Source of the DNA: Thermodesulfobacteriota bacterium
GTDB lineage: Bacteria; Desulfobacterota_D; UBA1144; Nemesobacterales; Nemesobacteraceae
Length of the DNA: 64,000 bases
Assembly: GCA_965243595.1 (NCBI GenBank)
Contig: OZ251569.1
Span: 1,025,177 to 1,089,176, forward strand
Direction: 5' to 3'
A model generated the notes under the pieces. The model made no database searches. It had not been told where the DNA came from and was given only the letters and a program-made list of their open reading frames with translations. The position numbers were made by a program, and so were the translations under genes. This document shows positions 18,762-28,412 of the stretch, one piece after another (position 1 is the stretch's first letter; the number at the start of each line of letters is the position of its first letter).

Positions 18762-20069
18762 TTGCCGGACCGGGAAATGCCCGAACAGAGAATCATAAGA
18801 AACTACGCGGACAGGCCGGAGTCTCACTCCCTGGAGGACTACCTGTCCCGCGGGGGGTACGTCGCGGTCGGAAAGGCCCTCGGGGCGGCGCCGCGGGAGA
18901 TAACCGAGACGGTCAAGAAATCGGGTCTTCGCGGAAGGGGGGGCGCTGGCTTTCCCGCGGGGATAAAATGGAATTTCATTCCTCCCGATTCCCCCGGGCC
19001 GGTCTACCTGTGCTGCAACGCCGACGAGAGCGAGCCCGGAAGCTTCAAGGACAGGGAGATCATCGAAAAGGACCCCCACCAGATAATCGAGGGGATAATA
19101 ATCGCCTGCCGCGCCATACGTTCCCGCAGGGCCTACATATACATAAGGGGGGAGATGCCCTTCGGAGCCGGGCGGCTTCGGACGGCCGTGGGCGAGGCAT
19201 ACGAGAAGGGATACCTGGGCGGAAACATACTGGGCTCGGGATTCGACGTCGACGTGAGCGTCTACGTGGGAGCGGGGGCCTACATCTGCGGAGAGGAGAC
19301 GGGTCTTCTGGAGTCCATAGAGGGAAAGAAGGGGGAACCGCGGCCCAAGCCTCCCTTTCCCGCCCAGGTCGGCCTTTTCGGATGTCCCACCATAGTCAAC
19401 AACGTGGAGACTCTGGCGTGCGTTCCGCACATAATAAACAACGGGGCCGACTGGTTCGCCTCCATAGGCACTCCCAGGAACACGGGAACCAAGATTTACG
19501 GGCTGAGCGGGTGCGTGAACTCTCCGGGGCTTTACGAGCTTCCGCTCGGCGTGAACCTCGCGGAACTGATCGGGGAATACGGAGGCGGGGTTCTCGGGGG
19601 AAGAAAGGTGAAGGCCGTTTCCCCGGGCGGTTCTTCGGCTCCGGTTCTCACCGCGGAGGAGCTCGACGTTCCGATGGATTTCGATTCTCTGGCCGCCGCG
19701 GGCTCCATGCTCGGGACGGGAGGAGTCACCGTGATAGACGAAACCGTGAGCATGGTGAAGGTGGCTCACAATCTCGCCCATTTCTACAGGGACGAGTCGT
19801 GCGGACAGTGCGTTCAGTGCAGGGAAGGCACCTGGTGGCTCGAGAAGATGCTCAGGGACATAGACGAGGGAAAGGGGTCCGTCGAATATCTCGACATAAT
19901 GCTCGAAGCGTGTTCGCAGATGAGGGGGACTACCATCTGCGCTCTCGCCGACGCCTGCGCGATGCCGGTCGAGTCGATAGTGAGAAAGTTCAGGGACGAG
20001 TTCGAGGAGCACATAAGGACGGGCCGTTCTCCGGCCGAGAAAAAGCACTGCATGGGAGAGCTGGTCTAG
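18762..20069 (+). CDS. nuoF: NADH dehydrogenase 51-kDa subunit (NuoF-like; FMN, NAD(H) and 4Fe-4S binding)
   Basis: GRGGAGFPAGIKW (FMN site), the glycine-rich NADH loop, and ESCGQCVQCREGT (4Fe-4S ligands). No other nuo genes are adjacent. Confidence 0.85.
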   Translation: MPDREMPEQRIIRNYADRPESHSLEDYLSRGGYVAVGKALGAAPREITETVKKSGLRGRGGAGFPAGIKWNFIPPDSPGPVYLCCNADESEPGSFKDREIIEKDPHQIIEGIIIACRAIRSRRAYIYIRGEMPFGAGRLRTAVGEAYEKGYLGGNILGSGFDVDVSVYVGAGAYICGEETGLLESIEGKKGEPRPKPPFPAQVGLFGCPTIVNNVETLACVPHIINNGADWFASIGTPRNTGTKIYGLSGCVNSPGLYELPLGVNLAELIGEYGGGVLGGRKVKAVSPGGSSAPVLTAEELDVPMDFDSLAAAGSMLGTGGVTVIDETVSMVKVAHNLAHFYRDESCGQCVQCREGTWWLEKMLRDIDEGKGSVEYLDIMLEACSQMRGTTICALADACAMPVESIVRKFRDEFEEHIRTGRSPAEKKHCMGELV

Positions 20070-20428
20070 GCTTTTTCGGGAGAGTGAGCGAGCATCCGCT
20101 TCAGGTGTTCAGAAATTTCCGTCCGCTGGCGGCTTTCGCCTTCCGCCAGTGTTTCACTCTTTACCACAGCTCCGCTTCTCCCTCCCGCTTTACCGCTCAA
20201 AAGGACCGCGCAAAGAACCTTTTCAAGTCCCTGCAAAGAGCTTGCGTGCATGCCTTGAGTTGTTACTGCGCCCTGTCGGATACACGTGCGAATTGACCGA
20301 TATGTTCTGTATCTTGCCAATGGAGGACTCTCGTCTCCATGGTTTGACCCGTCAAAAACTGTTCGATAGTTTTTATATGTTGCGGTTTCAAGTATGAAGC
20401 GCCATCCCGTAGCCAGCGATGGAAAAGA

Positions 20429-21487
20429 ATGTACAGGGACGAAATAAAAACTCTTATACAGAACTTGCCTTTCAAGGTTGATACCGATATTGAAATTGCC
20501 GGAAGGCCTCCGAATATTGCCACTTCATCCTTTCTGACGAACAAGCAGCAGGGAGACTGGGCTGAAAAAATTGTATGTGCGGCGATTAACCAGAACTTTT
20601 CGGACTATTTCGCAGTTGGATACGGACATTCAGGCTCGATTTCCGCCGGAGATGAGCAGTTCGGCGACTTTTACAAACGATACCAGAACGAACTCAACGA
20701 AATTGGCAAGAAACCCGACTTGTTGATTTTCAGAAGACGGGATTTCGGGAATGCGCAGCCCGACCTGGAAGACGACGGTCACGTCAAAAAGGCGATTGCG
20801 GCACTGGAAGTCAGGTCCAGTTCGTTTCTGGTGGAGAAATACGACAGCTTTATGGGAGGAAGACGGGGAAACGCGATTTCGGAATGCACGCGCTTGCTGC
20901 AAAGCATTCTCTCCGAACCCTACAACTCCCTGCTTAGAAACAAAAATGAGAATATATACGGCATGCTGCGCGATGCCACCCCGAGCACTTTTCACGACTT
21001 GGATTTCAGGCTGCCGAGCTGGTCGGTCACCGAGGAACTTCGGGAACTGAAAAACCTGCTTCGCGAACTGAAGGAGAACATAAAGATTCTTCACGGGAGA
21101 GATTTTCTGAGCGTCACGCCCAAAATGGAGGACCTGGCATTGGTCAACAGGTGGATACAGAAGTACGGCGTCAAACACCACTATCTGCAGGTTTTTTTCG
21201 ACAAAGCGTACGTGATCCCTTTCAAGGAAATTCTGAAACTGGTCTCCAACCACCAGAATGAAGAAAGCTTCTTCTCAATCGAAAGAGACGTAAAGAACCA
21301 ACAGAAGACGACGATCAAGGTCAATGTGAAAATTGGCAGCGAGGTCCTCGGCAGAATCGACATGCCGGACCACGCTTCGGAGATGAAGGAACTGGACAGA
21401 GGCAGGCTGCTTTTCTACGTTAGATTTGAGGGCGGCAAGGGCTATCTGGACAAAAAAGTTTTTCTCGAGGACGTGATCAATGCATGA
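20429..21487 (+). CDS. Putative type II restriction endonuclease, partner of the downstream methyltransferase
   Basis: 352-aa ORF in an AT-rich segment (about 45% GC against about 65% in flanking DNA). Overlaps the methyltransferase by 8 bp. Possible PD...E-x-R/K motif (PDLLIF...ALEVRS). No homolog recognised by eye. Confidence 0.45.
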   Translation: MYRDEIKTLIQNLPFKVDTDIEIAGRPPNIATSSFLTNKQQGDWAEKIVCAAINQNFSDYFAVGYGHSGSISAGDEQFGDFYKRYQNELNEIGKKPDLLIFRRRDFGNAQPDLEDDGHVKKAIAALEVRSSSFLVEKYDSFMGGRRGNAISECTRLLQSILSEPYNSLLRNKNENIYGMLRDATPSTFHDLDFRLPSWSVTEELRELKNLLRELKENIKILHGRDFLSVTPKMEDLALVNRWIQKYGVKHHYLQVFFDKAYVIPFKEILKLVSNHQNEESFFSIERDVKNQQKTTIKVNVKIGSEVLGRIDMPDHASEMKELDRGRLLFYVRFEGGKGYLDKKVFLEDVINA

Positions 21488-23066
21488 AGCTTCATACTCA
21501 AGCGTGACGCCTATCGAACACCGCAAGAGATTCGGTCAGTTTTTTACCCCCGGCAATGTCGCGGACATTATGGTCTCATGGGTGCTTTCGGGACGGCCGA
21601 AATCCATCCTCGACCCGGCTTTCGGGCTCGGCGTCTTTTTCGATTCCTTCATGAAGAAGAAGGGGAGAGCGGAATGTTCATACCGCGCTTACGAAATAGA
21701 CGAAAACATCATTAAACACTTCCAGCGGCCCCGAAACGGTTCCCTTGATCTGGAGATTGCGGACTACTGCGAAATCGAACCTGGCGGTTTCGACGGCATC
21801 GTGTGCAATCCGCCCTACATGAGATTTCAGAACTTTCTCAACCGTCATGACGTTTTGTCTCTGATCGAGAAAACCTCCGGAGTAAAACTGACCGGTTATG
21901 CCAACTCCGCCTCGATTTTTCTCGTCAAATCCATCGAAGAGTTGAATGAAGGAGGAAGGCTTTCCTACATCATGCCGTTTGAATTTTTCAATACTGGTTA
22001 CGGAACGGAAGTAAAGAAAAAGCTGCTGGAAGACGGTCTCCTGAAGAAGGTGCTCTTTTTCTCGAACGAAAAAGACATATTTCCCGACGCCGTCACGACG
22101 GTCTGCGTTCTCTTCTGCCGCAAAGACGGCATCAAGAATCCGGTCAAGATAGCCAGGGTCAACAGCTTGGAGGAACTGGACGATTTCGGTAAATCATCCG
22201 ACTGCTTTCAACATGAGCTGTCTCACGAGAAACTGCCGCCGCACAGGAAATGGTTCCCGATAATTTCGGGTCTGTACGAAAGCGTCGACATCCCCGACGG
22301 AATGACGAAGATCCACGACTACGGAAAATTCTCCAGAGGAATAGCGACGGGAGCCAACGTCTTTTTCTCTCTTACGCGAAAAAAGATACAAACGCTGGGA
22401 CTCGGTGAAAATTACAAGAAGTGCATAACGAAAAGCTCGCAAATAAGAAAGCCGGTGTTTACGGAGACGGATTTCGACAGGCTTGCGAAAAAGGGAGCGG
22501 CGGTCTTCTGTCTGGACGCGGAAAACCTCAACAACAAAGAAGTCGCCGACTATATTCGGTATGGAGAAAGCAAAAACTTTCACGCAAGATACCTGACGAG
22601 AAACAGAACGCCTTGGTATAAGCTGGAATCTCGTTTTCCGGCTCCGATAATGGCCGGCGTGTTCAACAGAGGAAGACTTAAAGTGATCAGGAACTTCACT
22701 GACGCGATCAATCTGACGTGTTTCCATTCATTTTACCCCGACATGTTCGGTGAAATGTACGTCAACCGCTTGTTCGTCTACCTGATCAGCACGATCGGCC
22801 AGAAAATCGTCATGACCAACAAGCGAAGTTACGGAGGGGGGCTGGACAAGTTCGAACCGGGAGACCTGAATGACTGCCGTTGCCCGTCGATGACGCAGTT
22901 TAGCATGTGTAGCGAAAAAGACGCGGAAGAAATCATACGGACGGCTGTTGACGATGAGGACTTGGCCATAAGCCTGGCAGACGAACTGATGAAAAAGATT
23001 CTGCACGGCAGTGCCGCGGACAACTATTCCCTGGTGCCCGGCCTGTCCATGCGTTCAAGCGCGTAA
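21480..23066 (+). CDS. Gamma-class N6-adenine DNA methyltransferase (type II restriction-modification)
   Basis: GQFFTP near the N-terminus, motif I DPAFGLGVF, catalytic motif IV NPPY, and a large C-terminal target-recognition region. Confidence 0.8.
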   Translation: MHEASYSSVTPIEHRKRFGQFFTPGNVADIMVSWVLSGRPKSILDPAFGLGVFFDSFMKKKGRAECSYRAYEIDENIIKHFQRPRNGSLDLEIADYCEIEPGGFDGIVCNPPYMRFQNFLNRHDVLSLIEKTSGVKLTGYANSASIFLVKSIEELNEGGRLSYIMPFEFFNTGYGTEVKKKLLEDGLLKKVLFFSNEKDIFPDAVTTVCVLFCRKDGIKNPVKIARVNSLEELDDFGKSSDCFQHELSHEKLPPHRKWFPIISGLYESVDIPDGMTKIHDYGKFSRGIATGANVFFSLTRKKIQTLGLGENYKKCITKSSQIRKPVFTETDFDRLAKKGAAVFCLDAENLNNKEVADYIRYGESKNFHARYLTRNRTPWYKLESRFPAPIMAGVFNRGRLKVIRNFTDAINLTCFHSFYPDMFGEMYVNRLFVYLISTIGQKIVMTNKRSYGGGLDKFEPGDLNDCRCPSMTQFSMCSEKDAEEIIRTAVDDEDLAISLADELMKKILHGSAADNYSLVPGLSMRSSA

Positions 23067-23556
23067 CCGGTTTGTCCAGCCGCGTCTATTCATAATTTGG
23101 CAAACTTTTTAAATGGTTTAAGAACAAAAGGTGTCTTGTTACGGGGAGTTGCAACCGCGAAAAAACGCTGCGGCACTGCATTTTCCGCGACGGAACACTT
23201 CCAAACTCGCAACAGTTAAAAACCCCATGAGACTTGCCGTCCTTGCTCCACCCCTTGCGCCTCGGCTCCTCCTCCCGCTGGCTTGCGAAACTGATTACGG
23301 TCACGTCGAGAAATACAAAATCATTTGCGAAGTCATCCTCTATCTAATCCCCCGAACCCGTGAAAATTCGTCGCTAAAGTCCGACGGATTCAAATGCAAC
23401 GAATTCTACGGACATACTTCTCTCTCCCGTGATTCCGATACTCTTGCTTTACCTCGATTGAAATAAACGCTGAAGTCCGATAGACTCGCATACGGAGAGC
23501 TTCGGATGAAATCCTTGCCAAACAACTTGCTCTCATTCGGAACGCGATAAAGCATT

Positions 23557-23718
23557 TTGGAGAAGAAATTGCCAAAACCGAGTACCGTTGATACTGCACC
23601 GAGCATAGAAGACGAGATGAGAAAGATTGCCGCACGAATACCGGACGAAGAATGGGACGAACTTCCGTCCGACCTCATCGACAGGCTGGATTATTATCTG
23701 TACGGTGCGGAAGAGTAG
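23557..23718 (+). pseudogene. Short antitoxin-like ORF (type II toxin-antitoxin, VapB-like remnant)
   Basis: Encodes ...SIEDEMRKIAARIPDEEWDELPSDLIDRLDYYLYGAEE. No good start codon (TTG only), and it sits 8 nt upstream of a PIN-domain N-terminal fragment. Confidence 0.3.
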
Positions 23719-23726
23719 CGAGAACC

Positions 23727-23815
23727 GTTTTTGTTGATGCCGCGTGCTGGGTCGCGGTCGTAAAGAAGAGGGACCAGTGGCATGAGGTAGCGCAAGAGGC
23801 CGATGCGAACCCGGT
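23727..23815 (+). pseudogene. Truncated PIN-domain (VapC-like) toxin N-terminus
   Basis: VFVDAACWVAVVKKRDQWHEVAQEA resembles the VapC N-terminus (xLDTSxxIALL..D.HH..A). The frame has no start codon and runs into the 3' end of gatB on the opposite strand. Confidence 0.25.
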
Positions 23816-25246
23816 TCACCTTTCTTCAAGAAAACTTTTCAGCTTGCGGTTTACGACCGCCGGGTCGGCTTTTCCCTTCGTGGCCTTCATGACCTGACCG
23901 ACGAAAAAGGCCAGAAGCTTCGAGTCTCCTCCCCTGTATCTCTCGACCTCGCGCGGATTTTTTTCGATTATTTCTCTTATGAGAGATTCTATTTCCCCTT
24001 CGTCGGTTATCTGGGTCAGGCCCTTTTCGAGAATTATTTCCCCGGGACGCCCGCCTCCGGTCATCATCTCGGAAAACACCTCTCTGGCGGTCTTGCGGTT
24101 TATCTTTCCTTCCCCCAGAAGGTTCAGAAGTTCCGCCAGGCGCTCCGGTTCGACGGGAAATTCCCCCGCGTCGTCTTCGTTTTCGATTTCCCTCAGAAGC
24201 TCGTTCAGTATCCAGTTGGCGGCGGCTCTTTTGTCGTCCGCGAGTTCCGCGCATTTCTCGAAGTACTCCGCCAGGGGCCTCGAGGCCGAAAGCGCGGCCG
24301 CGTCGTTTCGCGGCAGGGAGAATTCGGCCGCGAACCTCTCGAGTTTCCGTTCGGGAAGCTCGGGAAGGGTGTCTCGGATCTTTTCCACGTACTCCCGCTC
24401 CACCGCCACGGGCAGAAGGTCGGGGTCCGGAAAGTACCTGTAGTCGTGCGCTTCTTCCTTCGACCTCATGGCGAAGGTGACCCCTTTCTGCGGGTCGAAG
24501 AGCCTCGTTTCCTGGACCACTTCGCCGCCGCTTCTAATAAGCGCCGTCTGCCTTTTGGCTTCGTATTCCAGCGCCCTCTGTATGAAGCGGAAGGAATTGA
24601 GGTTCTTGATCTCGGTTTTCGTTCCGAGTTCGCTTCGCCCCCTGGGGCGCACCGAGATGTTCGCGTCGCAGCGCAGGCTTCCTTCCTCCATGTTCCCGTC
24701 GCACACGCCTATGTATTTCAGGATGGTTCTCAGCTTCCTTACGTATTCCACCGCTTCCTCGGCGCTCGAGATGTCGGGTTCGCTCACGATCTCCACAAGC
24801 GGCACCCCGGCCCTGTTGAGGTCCACGTGGCTGCGGGAGTCGGAGCGGTCGTGCACGAGCTTTCCCGCGTCTTCTTCCAGGTGTATGCGGGTTATGCCGA
24901 TTTTCTTTCTCCCGCCCCCCGCGTCTATCTCCAGGTGTCCTCCGGCGCACAGCGGTTCTTCGTACTGGGAGATCTGGTAGCCCTTGGGCAGGTCGGGGTA
25001 GAAATAGTTTTTCCTCGCGAACCTCGATTTCGAGGCGATCCGGCAGCCGGTGGCCACTCCCGCCCTCACGGCGTACTCGAGAACCTTTTCGTTGAAGACC
25101 GGCAGCACTCCCGGCATGCCCAGGCAGACGGGATTCACCTGGGAGTTGGGGGGATTTCCGAACCTGGTCGATGAGGAGGAGAATATCTTGGATTCCGTGG
25201 CAAGCTGCGCGTGCACTTCGAGACCTATTACCGCTTCGTATTCCAT
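23816..25246 (-). CDS. gatB: Asp-tRNA(Asn)/Glu-tRNA(Gln) amidotransferase subunit B
   Basis: MEYEAVIGLEVHAQL...NPPNSQVNPVCLGMPGVLPVFNEK... is the canonical GatB N-terminus; 476 aa. Confidence 0.95.
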   Translation of the reverse strand: MEYEAVIGLEVHAQLATESKIFSSSSTRFGNPPNSQVNPVCLGMPGVLPVFNEKVLEYAVRAGVATGCRIASKSRFARKNYFYPDLPKGYQISQYEEPLCAGGHLEIDAGGGRKKIGITRIHLEEDAGKLVHDRSDSRSHVDLNRAGVPLVEIVSEPDISSAEEAVEYVRKLRTILKYIGVCDGNMEEGSLRCDANISVRPRGRSELGTKTEIKNLNSFRFIQRALEYEAKRQTALIRSGGEVVQETRLFDPQKGVTFAMRSKEEAHDYRYFPDPDLLPVAVEREYVEKIRDTLPELPERKLERFAAEFSLPRNDAAALSASRPLAEYFEKCAELADDKRAAANWILNELLREIENEDDAGEFPVEPERLAELLNLLGEGKINRKTAREVFSEMMTGGGRPGEIILEKGLTQITDEGEIESLIREIIEKNPREVERYRGGDSKLLAFFVGQVMKATKGKADPAVVNRKLKSFLEER

Positions 25247-25350
25247 GACCTCTCCTTTGGGGGAAACCGCAGGGGCGCCCGCGCGGAGAATTATATACGA
25301 GACCTGCGCGCGGACAAGACGGACGCTTCTTACGCCCGTTCGATTCGACC

Positions 25351-26061
25351 GTGTATTATAATGCCTTATCCGACGTCTTGACGAGGAGCGCGCACGTGCC
25401 GAGGAGAAAAGCCCTTGTGATCTCTCCCCATCCCGACGATCTCGAGATCGGCATGGGAGGAACCGTCCGCATCCTCGCGGAGGGGGGCGTCGAGGTGATC
25501 TCCGTCGTGGTCACCGACGGCGGACGCAGTGCCAACCCGGCGGGCCTGACCAGGGAAGAGCTTGTGCGGACGAGGAAGCGCGAGGCCGAAGAATCTTCTC
25601 GGATGCTGGGGGCGGAGGTTTCTTTCCTGGGTTTCCGCGACATGGAATCCCCCGGGAACAGGAGCGGATTCGAATCCGAAATGCGGAAAATCCTGGCCGG
25701 GAAGCGGCCGGACGAGCTCTACCTTCCCCATCCCGAAATCGACGGGCACGGGACCCACAGGGCGGTTTCCCGCGCGGCGCTCGACTGCCTGGGTCCGGCC
25801 GTCGCCGAAAGTTCCTTCGAATGCGAGTGCTGGTGCTACGAGGTCTGGACGCCCTTTCCCTCGTACAACCGCATCGAGGACATAACGCCTTTCGTGGAGG
25901 AGAAAAGCAGGGCGATAGAAGCGCACCGAAGCCAGACCGCCTATAAGGACTACACGGCCGGCATGCTGGGACTCAACAGGTACAGGGGGGCTTTTCACGA
26001 CACCCGCGACGGGTTCGCCCCGAAGTTCGCCGAGGTGTTCATAAGATACGTCGCGGGCTGA
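25351..26061 (+). CDS. PIG-L / LmbE-family N-acetylglucosaminyl deacetylase
   Basis: SPHPDDLEIGMGGT zinc-binding motif and HPDH. Confidence 0.8.
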   Translation: MYYNALSDVLTRSAHVPRRKALVISPHPDDLEIGMGGTVRILAEGGVEVISVVVTDGGRSANPAGLTREELVRTRKREAEESSRMLGAEVSFLGFRDMESPGNRSGFESEMRKILAGKRPDELYLPHPEIDGHGTHRAVSRAALDCLGPAVAESSFECECWCYEVWTPFPSYNRIEDITPFVEEKSRAIEAHRSQTAYKDYTAGMLGLNRYRGAFHDTRDGFAPKFAEVFIRYVAG

Positions 26062-26093
26062 CCCGCACGAGATCCGGGATCTCTCCGCCCGGC

Positions 26094-26738
26094 CTATTTG
26101 AGGATCTCTCCCGTCTTCTCGCTCCAAAGAAAAAGGTCCATTTCGTCTAGGTCGAATCCGTTTCTTTCCGAAAATTCCCTGAACCTGGCTTCCGTCTCCA
26201 CGTACAGGGCTCCCGAACGCGGGGCCCGCGGAGATTCGGTTACGCCGAGTTCGAAAAGGCACCGGAGTATGTGCTTGTCCAGTATCGCGTAGCCGCGAAA
26301 CCCGATGTTTCTCAGAAAATGACTCGCCTCCTTGAAGCCTATCCCCTTTACGTCCCCGTCCAGGGCGAGGAGCTCTCTTCTCTCGAGAGGATCCCGGAGG
26401 GAGAGAAGGGCGGATTTGAGCCGCATGCCGCGGCGGCGGGCGAGATGCTCTCTGGTGTGGACCACGTACCTCGCGCGCGCGTTCGGAAACCTGTACACGC
26501 CGCGAAGCCTCCGGGCGAGCCGCTCCTCGTCGGCGCGGGGCAGGATGTCCCTTACGGCTTCCAGGGCGTTCAGCCCCATTTTCGCGCTGGCCCCTGCGGT
26601 GAATATGCAGAAGACGAGTTCCTCGAAGATCCTTTCTTCCGAGGCGGTTTTCAGGACGCTTTCGAATTCCCCGAGCCTGCGGCGGATTTCGGGAGCCTTG
26701 GCGGGGAGTCCCTCCCTTATCGACCGGACCGTCAGCAC
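26094..26738 (-). CDS. ogg: Archaeal-type 8-oxoguanine DNA glycosylase / N-glycosylase-DNA lyase (Ogg2 family)
   Basis: HhH-GPD element DGDVKGIGFKEASHFLRNIGF and a length of about 210 aa fit the Ogg2 family. Confidence 0.65.
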   Translation of the reverse strand: MLTVRSIREGLPAKAPEIRRRLGEFESVLKTASEERIFEELVFCIFTAGASAKMGLNALEAVRDILPRADEERLARRLRGVYRFPNARARYVVHTREHLARRRGMRLKSALLSLRDPLERRELLALDGDVKGIGFKEASHFLRNIGFRGYAILDKHILRCLFELGVTESPRAPRSGALYVETEARFREFSERNGFDLDEMDLFLWSEKTGEILK

Positions 26739-26745
26739 GGGAGGC

Positions 26746-28233
26746 TTACTTGTAGATGAGGAGGTTTTTTCCGGCGACGAGCCTGGTCGACGACAGGTTG
26801 TTCCATTTCCTGATCTCGGAGACCGACACCCTGTAGCGAAGCGCGAGTTCGCTTAGCGTGTCGCCGGGCATTATCCTGTGGCTCGTCCTGACCGGCGCCC
26901 GCCGCGGGGCGTACGACGAGTAGACTCTCTGGGGAACCGTGATGATTTTTCCCGCCCTTATCATGGACCCCGTCATGCCGTTTGCCCTTTTGATGGCGGC
27001 GACCGAGGTTCCGTACCTCGCGGCCAGGCCGTAGAGGGTCTCGCCCGGGCGGACCCTGTGCTTCACGTACGCGACGCTGTCTCCCGGGGGTATCCTGAGT
27101 TTCTGTCCGGGGTGTATGATGGAGCTCGAGATATGGTTCGCCCGCTTGAGAGCGTCCACCGAAGTTCTGAATTTCCGGGCTATCTTCCAGAGACTGTCGT
27201 CGGTCCTCACCCTGTACCACACGGGTCTCTGCCTGAAGGGAAACTCCACGTCGACGAGTCCCGCCACCTCGTCCCGAAGCAGTTCCAGCTTCGCCGCGTA
27301 TCCCGCGGGCACCCTGAGTTCGTAGCGGCTTCCCGGGGGAGTGGAAAGTCCCACCAGGGAAGGGTTGAGCGCGTAGAGATCCTTGTGCCTTACGTCGAGC
27401 AGCTCGGCGATTTCCGCGAGACTCTTTCTCGGGGGCACTTCCGCGGTTTCGTGGGTTTTCCCCGCGGTCTCGTCGGGAGGCCTGAATCCGTAGCGTTGCG
27501 GATTTCCGGCTATCGCCAGGGCGGCGTAGAATTTCGGCAGGTAGTTTCTCGTTTCGCGGGGAAGCTTCCTCGACAGTTTCCAGAAATCCCTCGAGCCCGT
27601 TCTTCTGATGGCTCTCTCGACTCTTCCTTCGCCGCAGTTGTACCCGGCGAGCGCAAGCTCCCAGGACCCGAAATCGTCGAACATCTCGTTCATGTACCTG
27701 GCGGCGGCGAGAGTGGATTTCTCGACGTCCATTCTCTCGTCCACCCACCGGTCTATTCTCAGTCCGTATCTTTTTCCCGTCGGTTTTATGAACTGCCAGA
27801 GTCCCACGGCGTTTTTCCGCGAAACCGCCCTGACGTTGAAGCCGCTCTCTATCAGGGGCAGGTAGGCGATCTCGGCGGGAATTCCCTCGGAGACGAGCGT
27901 CCGCCTGAGATACGGAACATACGCGGGGGATCTTTCGAGAATCGTGGCGAAGGTCTTTTTGTCCTTTTTCGAGAACCGGCGGATGTAGTGCTCGACTCTG
28001 GCGTTCGTCCTGACTTCGAGCGAGGGGCGGGCGGGTTCCTGCGGCTGCGGCGCGACGGGGGCGGCCGCTTCGGTCGCGGGCTCCGGCTCCTGCGGGAGGT
28101 TCCGCGCCTGCGCGCTCGCCGTTTTTTCCGGTTCGGGACTTATCCCCGCGGTGTGCGCGCAGGACAGGGAGAGGATGCAGGCGAAGAGAGCCGCTATCGG
28201 CAAAGCCGCCTTTTTTTCCGGACAACCGTTCAT
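26746..28233 (-). CDS. mltD: Membrane-bound lytic murein transglycosylase D-like lipoprotein (SLT domain plus three LysM domains)
   Basis: Lipobox LSLSC. SLT catalytic region ...ESGFNVRAVSRKNAVGLWQF...AGYNCGEGRV. Three C-terminal LysM repeats (YRVRTDDSLWKIARKF..., HRVRPGETLYGLAARY..., HRIMPGDTLSELALRY...). Start set at the MNGCPEKK ATG. Confidence 0.85.
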   Translation of the reverse strand: MNGCPEKKAALPIAALFACILSLSCAHTAGISPEPEKTASAQARNLPQEPEPATEAAAPVAPQPQEPARPSLEVRTNARVEHYIRRFSKKDKKTFATILERSPAYVPYLRRTLVSEGIPAEIAYLPLIESGFNVRAVSRKNAVGLWQFIKPTGKRYGLRIDRWVDERMDVEKSTLAAARYMNEMFDDFGSWELALAGYNCGEGRVERAIRRTGSRDFWKLSRKLPRETRNYLPKFYAALAIAGNPQRYGFRPPDETAGKTHETAEVPPRKSLAEIAELLDVRHKDLYALNPSLVGLSTPPGSRYELRVPAGYAAKLELLRDEVAGLVDVEFPFRQRPVWYRVRTDDSLWKIARKFRTSVDALKRANHISSSIIHPGQKLRIPPGDSVAYVKHRVRPGETLYGLAARYGTSVAAIKRANGMTGSMIRAGKIITVPQRVYSSYAPRRAPVRTSHRIMPGDTLSELALRYRVSVSEIRKWNNLSSTRLVAGKNLLIYK

Positions 28234-28412
28234 TTTCGCCTGTGCCGGATCCGTAGTGGGAGAGGGTGTTTTCGTCCCGCGAGATCTTCCGGTCTTTCGT
28301 TCCAAAAACGATTTTACAGACTAACTGTAACCATATATTGTTTACAGTCAAGGAATTTTACGAAAAGTTTAATGCGGGACTTTAATTTGCTTTTCGTTCC
28401 GCCCCGCGTTTT

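Noticed and set aside
26732-28351. Alternative 539-aa minus-strand ORF overlapping the mltD-like gene
   Set aside because: Arg-rich out-of-frame translation. The chosen frame carries the lipobox, the SLT catalytic motif and three LysM repeats.
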